From contig JAKIMF020000013.1 of the NCBI GenBank assembly GCA_022605425.2, forward strand, positions 62,001 to 126,000: a stretch of 64,000 bases of DNA, written 5' to 3'. Of this stretch, positions 35,050 through 46,519 are shown piece by piece. Under the pieces are notes generated by a model, which was not told where the DNA came from, made no database searches, and worked only from the letters and a program-made list of their open reading frames with translations. Within the stretch, counting starts at the first letter, position 1; every line of letters begins with the position of its first letter. The stretch is from Hamiltosporidium tvaerminnensis FI-OER-3-3. Lineage: Eukaryota; Fungi; Microsporidia. The translations under genes were made by a program, and so were the position numbers.

Positions 35050-37720
35050 AATTCAACATAAATTCAATGCACTTTGACTGAATTTAAAACATTCAATGAG
35101 TGGCAAAAATGATTGTATTTGTACGAACAATACCCTTTAAACAGATTGAACATTATTTCTTGTATTCTAGCAGTACTCTATCATCAACCGAACATTCTCG
35201 TTATTTAAAAACTTTTGATGAAGAAAGCATGATTACAGATTCATAAATATCAGTATTTATATTTGTAGAAACAAGAATAAAAGTTTCTTACATTAAGTAT
35301 TTCGATGTTTCGTATTCTTTTACCAAAATTTAACACATGCTATCTTTGAATGAAACAATAATAGTTTGAGGTGAATAAGTCATTCAATGGGAATATCATC
35401 AGAATTAGAAGCATTTCCTCGTATGTGTATGTTTGCGCAATATTTGATAGCTCTAGGGCACTTAGACATTTTTAACCTCCGGTTTTACAATGCAAAGTAG
35501 CTAAATTTTTGGTTTATAAAAACTAGAGGCATTTGATAATGAGAAAGTGCCCTAATTAATATTTCTCTCAACTTGATCAGAGAAAATCTTACTTGTTTCA
35601 AATGAGCGAACTTAACAAAAAAATGCGAAAGATCCCTGATCTAAATCCGATTTTTTTAATAGTCTAATAATTTAAATTGGTCTAAGGAAACAAAAATTTT
35701 CATATGAAGTAAATTTCCTAAAAGCTTAAATTCTTGGCACTTTAATATAATGAGTTCTGATTTAAAGTTTTAAATAATGCATAGAAATTATAATAATATT
35801 CTAGAATAAAAATTCCGCCTTTTATATTTATTGAAAAACACCTAAAAAAAGATCGCGGAATTTGCACTGGAAATATCTATGTATAATAATATTTTTCCAA
35901 TTTATACAGTTCTCTAAATTTTGAAAATTTGCTAAATATATATTTTCCACTCTCAAAACCTTTAACGAGTTACTTAGATGTATATATTCAAAAATTTTCA
36001 AATTTAAGCTTGGAATAATTTATTCCAACTTCTTTTAGCTCTTACATTTTCAAATGGTTAATAAGTTAGGTGATGCTTCATATATACTGCATGAAAGATC
36101 TATAATCTCTAGATTCATGGCGTAAAGATTCTTAAAAAATTGATTCGCAATGTGCATCTAAAGATTTGTAAAATTCCTAATTTTGGGAAATTATTTGACA
36201 GATTAGAAATAAATCTTGCAGAATAGTACTATTGCATTTCACAGAATAAAGACCTCCAAAGCAATTAAATTTTCTAACATTGAAACATCTTTATCTGAAA
36301 ATACAGCCTTTAAATTTAATCGATTCAATTTTATTTTTTTAAAAGTTCTTATTGCTATTAACAGAGAATAAGAAAGTATTCTGTTCTTCGAACACCGAAT
36401 CATTGTGTAAAAACCATAAGTAATACCCGAATCTTCGAAAAAAGGTGTATATATCATCAGTCGAAATTTTTATTCGTATATAATATATGAAAAAACTAAT
36501 TTGCACAGAAAATAAATTTTTCTTTAGAACGTCTTCATGCGTGAAATTAATAGCTTACCGTGTAGATTGAATTATTATTTACTCGATAGAATCTATTCTA
36601 AATGAATCGTACTTTCCAAATTCTTTCTTCAAGGGAAAGAACAATTCTTTTGTGTTCGAATTGAAAAATATATCGATTGAAACAAAAATGACCTTAAGAA
36701 AGACAAAAAACATTTCTATATTCCATAAAATCAGAATTTTTTATATTAAATACCTTTAAAAATGATTTATTTAAGATATACAGAAAAAAAATATAAGTAA
36801 AAGAATGTACAACATTCATATAATGCATGAGACTCTAAATAACAATAAATATCATGAAGGAACCAAATTTTATCTAAAAATTTGTCATTTCTCTATTTAA
36901 AATATTCGATTTTCAACTATATCATAAAATATTTAACAATCAATTTTTTCTTCGTTATATCCTGAATATTAAGATATATTTTACTAATTTTTGGTTTATT
37001 ATGATTATAAAAGACAATTATCAAATCATATGAGTATTTGCATTTACAAATATTAGATTAAAGATGAGTCTTGGAAAATTCGTTCTGATACGTCTCAGAA
37101 TAATTCAAGGCATTACTAATTTTGTATTTTGCTCACGATAAAGATATCTCTGTATTATTTTTATTTAATACATTATTAGAAACGAACTCTATTCAAAGAG
37201 AATAGTTCGAACTCTTTGCCTTCTAGATTTAGTCGCGAATTATCAGCTACTCTTGATATCTTATTACATCTATTATATTTCCTTATTCGGAAATTTCGTG
37301 AAGGTATGTATTGAATGGCGTTCTACATATAAATCCGTTTATAAACAATCATTTTTCAGACTTATTGCCTTTATTTTCATTATCAGGATTTGCTAGAAAG
37401 CAAGAAGCAACCTGATCTGTCATTATTTTGCGCAGGAAATCTTCTTTTATCAAAAAAATGATGATGCGCACGAAATCAAACATTCCAAAAAAACTAGTAT
37501 TTGAAAATAAAGTAAAGACAGTTTCAAGATCGTGGGCAAATTATGACAAAAATATAAAAATTTTACTTTATTTTCTGTATTTTTTTCGGGTCAAATTCAC
37601 CAATGTAATACGAAAATCCCTGAGAATTCATTCTATCAAAGCGTTCTTTCCTTTTTATTATACAATTAATTTTTATAATTACTTTTTTCAATTAAACATT
37701 TTTAAAAATATTTATTTCTA
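35050..37720 (-). pseudogene. Decayed paralogue of the LRR family
   Basis: Minus-strand fragments in family order: FRITL (~37610), KFLDKIWFLHDIYCYLESHAL (~36860), SDKDVSMLENLIALEVFIL (~36270), MNLEIIDLSCS (~36100), IYESVIML...RECS (~35200); many stops and frameshifts. Confidence 0.85.
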
Positions 37721-39350
37721 TTTAGTCATGACTGAGATAGCAGCCTTAGATTAAAATTTCAGACTCTATAAAAATTTTTGTTCTTGTTTACATCGAATAA
37801 AGTACAGATATTAGAGTCAGCTGCTTTAATTTAGGGCATACCAAAATTTATGTCTTGGCTTGGTAATCATTATAAAAACATATCAAAATTTAAATTTTTA
37901 TATTTATAAATAATAAAACTACATACAATTCATATTTAAATTTTTTCGATCTAATTAACGATCTTAAGTATCTTATTTATGCTTTATGGAATTACAGCTT
38001 AAAAAAAGTCTAAAGACATTTACTAATAACTCGGATCTATAACGAGCAAGATAATTTTGCAGTAGTTCTTTTTCACCAATTAAACCGAAATTTTTTGTAA
38101 TATCAAGAGATTTCGTTTTATTTTGAATGAAATAGTCGGTTTTTGAGTTTGAATATCTACATTATTTACTCGCCTTTCTACACTATCAGAATAACCTAGT
38201 TATAGAACCTGGTCAGAAAATTTAATTAAAACAACCCAGTTTCTATTTCAAAACAAGAACTCAATTTTTTGTAAGCTGTTTCCTCGCTTTTCTAGTTCCT
38301 TCTAGTTCTTATGTTTTTTTTTATTAGATATTATGTTTCAAAATGTCTAGCAACGTTTCGCTTTATTTTTAAACACTTTTGTGTAAATGCAGTATACCAC
38401 AGTTAGGTCTACAAAAATAACTAGCATGTATTCTTTTTGATTCATCGACTATAAATTTGACATTTTAAAATTTTTTGAAATCCAAGAAAAGCTATATTTT
38501 CCCCTTTTCTATCTTAATAATACTACCACAGTAGTTCTTATTATTTTTTGCTAAAGACTAAATATTTAATTGAAGGGTGTTTATAAAGATATCTACTAGC
38601 ATTCTGAAAGTAAAATAGGACATTGATCTTGGTTCAATAAATTACTTTCTACTTTTTTTACTTTTATCGCTAATTATATCTCTTTTAAGATTCCTGTTCA
38701 AATTGACATTTTCTCGAAGATTTCTTAATTTCATTGGTTCTATATCGATGTAATTAACATAGCTTTTAATTTATATTTCATTGTTATACAGAGTTTAGTA
38801 CATATTATTTATTGCGATTTCATCAATCTTTTTAAGCGTTATATTAAGAACATATAGGATGAATATCGTCTTATCTCAAATCTCATATTTCACAAAATTT
38901 ATTGATCTATTTTCATGCTTTCGATTGTTATTTTGGTTCTGTTATTGGAGTTATTCAAATTAGCCTTACAATCTTATGTGGTAATTGCGGTTTTGATACT
39001 TTGAAAATTACAGTTCTGATTAAAATACCAATACATTGCTTATAGTCTATATATAAAGAGACAATGAATGATTATATTGTACGTGTAAAATTATGCCGAA
39101 AGTCATTCTAGGTAAATATTTGTAATGTTGAATTTGTTTTTTAAATGAATGTTTGATACATTGTGAAATAATTTTCATTACATGATAATGACCTTTTAAT
39201 ATGCTTAACTTTGGTTTTTAAGTAAATTTTAAAGTTGTTGTTCCTTTAGTTTTAAGCTATTTATTTAGAACTTTTTGTGTTATTTAAAAGGCTATTAGAC
39301 TGAAATAAAAAATTTTATATATCCTAACTAGGATAAAAACACAGAAAACT

Positions 39351-41939
39351 TTAATAAAATATAACAGAGATTCCCCTTTTGCTGAATTCATTTAATATAA
39401 TTCTGTAATGGCTAGAAACTTCCGTGTTAATAACAAATATTGTTTCTAAAAACATGGGATATAAAGTAAGGTTACTTGTTAATATTTCGTCAATAGATTT
39501 ACATTCCCGTAATTCGAAATTTCTTAATAATGGTAATGTCATCACAAAATAATAAATATCATTATTAATATTGGTAGAAACCAAAACCAAGGTTTTTAAC
39601 TTTGAACATTTTAATGCTCCGTATTCTTTTAAGAAATCGGAAAATATTCTATCATTAAACGAAACAATAAGATAATCCAGATTCAAAAACCATTCAAGTC
39701 TTAAAATATTAGCAGAATCAATCTCATTTCCAGATATATTTATTCCTTTGAGAAAAGTTGATAGCCCAGTAGCACACAAACATTCCAAAAAACCAGTTTT
39801 ATAATCGAAAATCGATTGATATTTTTCTTGCATATAATTAGGAGATAACTCGGGTACTGTTTTACAATTATCTTTATCTAATATTATGTTGGGATTAATA
39901 TCAAAGGAAGATGGGGGGATTAATAGATCTAAACAATAAAATTCCAAGGAATCTTTATTCAAATTAGAAATATTTAAATATTCTAAGTTTTCAAATTTAT
40001 CTAACACTTTGAAGACTTTGTACGAAATTAGGTTTTTCGATAAATTTAAATTCTTTGTACTTAAATGTAAAGATTTTTGATCTAAAATTTTTATCAAATC
40101 ACACAAACTACAAAAATTTTCTAAAATAAGAATTTCACAGTATATATTCGTTAAAAAAAATTTCAAAAGATAATCGGTAAATATACCCCCAGAAATATCC
40201 AATATTCGATATGATTTTCGCCAATTATCGAAATTCTTGAATCCTTCAGACTTGGAAAAACTTATTTTTCGCATGCGTAAAACTTTAAGCGAGTTACATT
40301 CAATAATAGATTCTAAGATTATGGAATTCAAATTTGAATAGTTAATTCGAAATTCTTCTAGAGTTCTCATTTTCCCAATTGTTAATGTGGTTGTTGATCC
40401 TCCATATCTGCTGCAAGAAAGATCTAAAATCTCTATATTCGTTGTATGTATTAATTTAAAAAAACCATTGTCTAATGTATATCCAATGACTTGTAAATTT
40501 CTTAAATTTCCGAAGATTTGCACTGTGTTACGCAAGAAATCGGCAAATTTTTCCGAATTGCATTTCACTAAGATAAGAGTTTCTAAATTTTTTATATTCT
40601 TTAAAGTAGAAATATCCGTTTCTGATAATAATATTCTTTCAAATTCAATTAATTTGATTTCATTAGTTTTATGTGCTATAATGGTAAAAATCAAACAAAA
40701 ACTTGTTTGCATATTACAAATTTCTGAATTATCCTTTAAAGAACTACATGAAATTTCTGAATCTTTGTATTCTGAATAATATATATCATCTCCAGATATT
40801 CTCATTCCAATAATACGAAAGGAACCAATGATCTTTTCTAAAAAAAATTGTTTATAATTAATCTGATGATTTTGCATCAGAAAGAGGGCTTTTGGTGTTG
40901 TACGAATTACTATTTCTTCGGTAATATCTAGTCCGAATAAGTTAAATTTCCTGATTCCTTTCTTCTCAATGAACATTAATTCCTTTGTATTTATATTAAA
41001 AAATATATCGATTGTATCATAAGATGCAGTTAGGAAAGGCAAAAAGATATTTCTATACTTTAAAAAATCAGAATCTTTCATATTAAACACATTTGGGCTC
41101 GATTTATCTTCTATATACGAAAATAGAAATGGAAGTAGATTTTTATAAAATATATCTAATGCATCAGATTCTGAATGACAAGAAAGATCAAGAAGAAACC
41201 AGATAAAATCTAGAAAATTTCTGTTATTTAATCCCGAAATACAGTAATTCAGACCGTAACATAAAATATTTAAACATTCCTTGCACATAATAACATCAAT
41301 ATTACTTTTCGTTATATTTTTAATATTAAGAATAATTTCAGTAAATCCGGAATAAATCAAACTATCAAAATACCGAGATCGGATCATATAAGCATAAGAA
41401 TAATCAAATATTAGAATACTATCATTTGGCGAGAGCAATGGAATTTGTTTATCAACTGATTCATCTATACAAAAACTTTCACTTTCCCGAATGCTCGCTG
41501 ATTTTAAAGCTTGTGTATTTTTTTGATATATAGTCTCTTCATAATATAGATTATTATTTAAACCTACATTTAATGAAGCATTTATAGAATCATGTTTTGA
41601 TTCCATCCTTGTATCGCCGTTTACATTTTGATATCTTAGACTATTATCTTCTTGGTTTGTACGAATAGATGTGAATTTCGTATTTGAATCAGAACATACC
41701 AGATTGTTGTTATATCCCACATCTAATTCAGGCTTATTATAGGAGTTTGTAGAGTTATAAGAATTAGCACGACTTGATAGCATACTATTCATAAAATAAT
41801 CATCTGTGAAATGAATAGTTATACGAATGCAATTGAATCTTTCTATATATACTGAAATTAAAAAATATGTCATTAATTTTCTCGATATTGTAATATAGAG
41901 TAACGAAATCTTATACATTACCCCTGCTTTCGTCTTCAT
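39351..41939 (-). CDS. Leucine-rich-repeat protein, ~860 aa (true start may be 41918)
   Basis: Full-length paralogue of 6615..9266. GGGG precedes the second ATG (MYKISL), matching the MY start of the paralogue. Confidence 0.9.
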   Translation of the reverse strand: MKTKAGVMYKISLLYITISRKLMTYFLISVYIERFNCIRITIHFTDDYFMNSMLSSRANSYNSTNSYNKPELDVGYNNNLVCSDSNTKFTSIRTNQEDNSLRYQNVNGDTRMESKHDSINASLNVGLNNNLYYEETIYQKNTQALKSASIRESESFCIDESVDKQIPLLSPNDSILIFDYSYAYMIRSRYFDSLIYSGFTEIILNIKNITKSNIDVIMCKECLNILCYGLNYCISGLNNRNFLDFIWFLLDLSCHSESDALDIFYKNLLPFLFSYIEDKSSPNVFNMKDSDFLKYRNIFLPFLTASYDTIDIFFNINTKELMFIEKKGIRKFNLFGLDITEEIVIRTTPKALFLMQNHQINYKQFFLEKIIGSFRIIGMRISGDDIYYSEYKDSEISCSSLKDNSEICNMQTSFCLIFTIIAHKTNEIKLIEFERILLSETDISTLKNIKNLETLILVKCNSEKFADFLRNTVQIFGNLRNLQVIGYTLDNGFFKLIHTTNIEILDLSCSRYGGSTTTLTIGKMRTLEEFRINYSNLNSIILESIIECNSLKVLRMRKISFSKSEGFKNFDNWRKSYRILDISGGIFTDYLLKFFLTNIYCEILILENFCSLCDLIKILDQKSLHLSTKNLNLSKNLISYKVFKVLDKFENLEYLNISNLNKDSLEFYCLDLLIPPSSFDINPNIILDKDNCKTVPELSPNYMQEKYQSIFDYKTGFLECLCATGLSTFLKGINISGNEIDSANILRLEWFLNLDYLIVSFNDRIFSDFLKEYGALKCSKLKTLVLVSTNINNDIYYFVMTLPLLRNFELRECKSIDEILTSNLTLYPMFLETIFVINTEVSSHYRIILNEFSKRGISVIFY

Positions 41940-44900
41940 TTCTTTTATATTTAGAAAATTAAAAAAAATTAATTGTTTAATCTAATATATTTGTTACGTT
42001 ATCATCTTTTTTTCTTAGATTAATATTTTACGATTAAATATATACAAATTAAATTATTAAAAACTTTTTTTAAATTAATAATTAATAAATGTTAGAGCGT
42101 ATATGAATATATTAGATTTGTACGAAACATCATTTTCAAAAATATTCAGAAAATAGAATGTAAATATTAGATGGAGAACCTAGATTATAATACAAGTGTC
42201 ATGATTTACTATATAACCCGGTTATTTGTAATCATAAAAATATATGTTTTTAGCTTTTCCACTAGAAGTTGCCAACTAATGAGACCTTTTTTCCGAAGCT
42301 AAAATTCCAACAAGATAGACCCATTTAAACATATTAAATATTTTCTTTATATGCAACGAGGGTGAACCTCAGAAACGACATTCTGAGTAGAATCTTTTAC
42401 ATATTCAAATCATGTTTATAAACATTCTGAATACTCTTGTCAAACCACCTACGTTAATTTAACAATTTTATACGGACAAAGAAGCAAAAATGCTTTTTCA
42501 TCAGTAATAGATAAAATTTTACCCGAAAAAGGGTTATAAATGCGTAGAAATACACAATTTAGGTATGAAAGGTATCTTCATATTTATATTACGTCAATTT
42601 GAAAATTTTTAATTCATATTCTATTCGACAAAAATAAGAGAATATTATGTTAAACAAAAAGAATAAAAATGTACCTCTATCAAAAAATCCACTACATTTA
42701 CCCACAACTTATCTAATGTTAAGGTTTTAATTTATCACAGGGGTGTTTTTTAGGAAAATTTTGAGTTTAATACTTTTTTTACGGTACTTGCATTTGTCAG
42801 TAGACTTCCGGGTTTACAGCCAAATAAACTATAGCCATAATACCTGTCGTGGATCACATTCTTGAATATTTTTTAGTAAAATCTTGAACAGAAATTACAT
42901 TTGGCAGAAATAAACTTTTCATTGCACATTTAAAATTGGTCCCTAGCATAAATTTTATTCTAAATTCGAGTCTCTTACTAATTCAGAAAAATTTGGATTG
43001 ATATTTGTAGAATAAATGGCAGAATATTTTTTTCATTGCTACGCTATCTGGCGACCTCTTGTGCTCAATTTCTTACTGTGTCAATCTGCATAGCGACAGG
43101 GTGTTTTCATTCACGGTCTGAAGCATCCTTTGAGCTTTTTTTGTTTAGATTGCTTGCTTAAATCATCCGTATTTTTAATAGGTCTACTTTTCAGTTTTTC
43201 AAATTGTAATCTTCCATAATCATCATAACCTTTGTTTGCACGTTTCTCATCACAAAAAATTTGAATATAATATCTCAAAGAACATTTAATTATCTTCGTT
43301 GCTATGAAAATAGGGATTTTATTTAGACAATAAAGTGTGTATTGAAAATAGCTAGCAAATAAAGATACATCTTTCTCATTATTTTGAGATATTTTTATGT
43401 AGACTAGTGCCGTGCTTTTCAGGAAGGCAGCCAAGTTTGAAGTACTTCTTCAACAAGGAGTTCGTCTTCCTGCTCACTATTTCTCTGCTATTGTATAAAG
43501 AATTTTATTTATAAATAGAATAATCATCTTTATTAATTTTATTCACCATGGCCACCTCTCCTTTTTAGTTTAAAATATAAAATAAAAATATTATATTTTT
43601 GTGATATAAATAATATCACAACTAGTTTTATCTTGCAGTATACCTCCTTGAAGATTATAAATTGTTTGAAAGTTTAATACTACATCGCTGTTTTTATTAT
43701 TTATATCAAGCAGAACTAGTGTGGATAAAAATATTTGAACCCAGCCTTTAATTCTGATCTAAACATGACTTCATAAGAGTACAGTTTATTTACTATTGTA
43801 AACTCTATTTTTTTAATCTGAATTAACATTAGCTTTCTATCCATTTTCAGCTCTGATTGTTTTTGGCTACGAACAAAAGCATATTTTCTCATATTAATTC
43901 GCACGTTCTATAAACTTTAACTTTGAGAGTGTCTGGCTTTTCATGTACTATCTTTGACTAAATGCCATGTTTTAAATAAATCTTTGATAGTACTTTTGTC
44001 GAATTCTCTGACATTATAATATTGAAACCAGTTGGCATGGTGCAAATAGTGCAATAATCTAAAATAATACAAGCAAACTCTTCTGCAGCTTTGCTTTTAA
44101 GAGATCGAAGTGACGCAAATAAAATAATCTTAAGAAACAAGTATTAGTGCATACTAATTATTAGATTTTAACTTATTTCGACTAAATAGCCTTGAAATCC
44201 CAATTCTTGTTTTTACTTAGTACTGATTCTATAAGCAAATATTTTTTAGGTAAAAAGTTTTTTTTGTGAATGAAATAGAAATTTAGAAAAGTCACAATTA
44301 TTTCGCTTTTGAAGTTTATATACTTTAATTTCGCCTTTTTACATTCTTTTTTTGATCATGATGCTTGATTTCAACATATACATTATTTTAAATTCAAATT
44401 TAGTCTCTCGATCAAGATATAACTCAATCCGTTGTTTACATTTCTCATGAGCAACAATCGGCTTACTTTATAGCGTGCAAATCATATTGACTTCTATATA
44501 ACGTCTCAAAAACCATGAACACATTGGCTTTTATATCAACGTACTAGAAGTACTTATTCGATGTTTATATAAATATTTTTGTTTGAAATGTTATAAAGTT
44601 TTACCCAAATGTTCGAAAAAATAAATGTATCTTCCAGCAATTTTTAGAAAAATATTTAAACTAGTATCCTACATTTTATAAGATTATTGTTGTCAAATTG
44701 TTTGCGTTCATAAATTTGATCAAGCGTTTATTTTCTGAATCAGAACGCAATGCAATTTTGTGAAGAAATATTTTCAAAAATGAAATACTCAAAAACTTTA
44801 TTCTTGCTTATCATTCTTAATTCTTTTTAATCTTATGGTGTTGAGAACAAACAGACAGAACGCCAACATATTCTCTCGATAGTCATTGTCCTAGTATTTA

Positions 44901-45439
44901 CTCGTCTGTTCCTCTTTCACAAAAAGCCGATTTAAAAGAATCAAATCAATTGAAAATTTACAACTTCTCTCTTTTATCGGTCAAACCTACTAACTAGATG
45001 TTTCATGGGTAAAAGTTCGAATCCCACGACAGTTCACTGATTTTTGAAATAGCTTTTTATTTTTCTCATTTCCTTTTAATCTGTTGCGATTCAGAATTAT
45101 AGGGATTTCACTAGGATCCAGTGTAGTTTAAAAAAAATAATATAAAGATCCATATTAACAGATATGCGCTTAGATTCCTTTTTAATGGTCTCCAACGGTA
45201 AATTAGATCCAAAATTCCAAGAAAATATTGTGACAAATGACAACCACATCAATCTCACCAATAATAAATTTTGATACACTCTTTATTGTTAGTAATTTGG
45301 TCTTGTAAGTATAAAATCATAAAAAATATGACTAATAGTTTATAAAAATGTTAAAAATCAATGCTCTTATTTCTATAATAAATTCATTATAAAAATAATT
45401 ATAATTGTAATTTTCTTTGTATAATTAATTAGAGGGAAG

Positions 45440-46090
45440 ATAACCACATAAAAAACTTTCTGTCTGGCAATGAGTATATAAAACTGGTGTGAATATCAGT
45501 GCATGATTTTCTGTGGTAATATAATCAAACTACGTTTTCGGTTGTTTCATGAGATTTTGTTCGAGTAGGAGAAGGTCTACAAAATGGCGAGACTTTTTCT
45601 ACAAATTTATTTGTAGTTTTTTATGTAACCGGATTGCAGACCGCAGCTGAACATGTAGGTAATCGCTATGTAAAAGCGTGCAAACATAGCCTTGCTCACT
45701 CGGGTTAGAAGACTTAGTGCCTGAGAGATATAAAAATAAAAACCAGTAAAAGCCAGGAAAGCTAAGTAGCAGGTTATACCTGTTGGTATGACATTGCACT
45801 GTCTAGGTGGACCCCATGTAAGTCTCTGAAATATATCTTAGCTAGAAGTTTATTGGGTTCAGAAAGTGTAGAGTAAGTGGGAATGCTGCATAGTCTTGGG
45901 GGAGCCCAGAAAGGCTTCGGCCTTCGATCACACTCAATGCAACGGACATTAACGAAAATAGGGCAAACGCTCTCGCCTAGAAATTAGGTTCTACACACCT
46001 GGTAGTTGAAAGGCTTTGGAACGTAGGTATTGCAGGGGTTACCGATGGAGTGTTGGGGTAGCAGTTATTTATGTTAAACCTAGAAATTGC
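45440..46090 (+). mobile_element. Dispersed ~650-bp non-coding element, copy B (SINE or structured-RNA candidate)
   Basis: Homologous to 14462..15105. Contains a C(UUCG)G hairpin at 45911-45924 and ends GTTAAACCTAGAAATT. Confidence 0.7.
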
Positions 46091-46159
46091 GTTAATGTGA
46101 TGAAAAAAAATATAAAACTTGCCATTGTTTAAAAAATATGATACTTTTCAATAAATTGG

Positions 46160-46460
46160 AATTCAAAAAAAGGATTTAAAATAATTTTACTTCATAAATT
46201 TACATTCTGTAAGATTTAAATCAAAGACTAAATAGAAAAAGGTTATAAAATAATTTTGCATGATAAATTTACTTTCTGTAAGATTTAAATCAAAAAACTG
46301 AAATAGAAGAAGGATTTAAAATAATTTTGCTTGATAAATTTACTTTTTGTAAGATTTAAATCAAAAAACTGAAATAGAAAAAGGATTTAAAATAATTTTG
46401 CTTGATAAATTTACTTTCTGTAATATTTAAATCAAAAAACTGAAATAGAAAAAGGAATAA
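46160..46460. repeat. Tandem repeat, ~5 x 60 bp
   Basis: AAATAATTTTGCTTGATAAATTTACTTTCTGTAAGATTTAAATCAAAAAACTGAAATAGAA units. Confidence 0.92.
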
Positions 46461-46519
46461 AATACCTAGGAAAAAAATTACAAATAAAATATAAATCTAT
46501 AAAATATTCTATATTTATT

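Noticed and set aside
42730-43470. More GC-rich patch with a 107-aa ORF, possible transposon relic (also 2100-2700)
   Set aside because: No recognisable transposase motif, TIR or second copy in the window.
44975-45035. tRNA-like GTTCGAATCCCAC B-box
   Set aside because: No acceptor, anticodon or T stem could be paired; at most a chance match or relic.
45700-45790. Telomerase template (CTAACCC on minus), hammerhead or SRP identity for the 650-bp element
   Set aside because: No template permutation, no conserved CUGANGA/GAAA core and no GNRA helix 8; unsupported without a covariance-model search.
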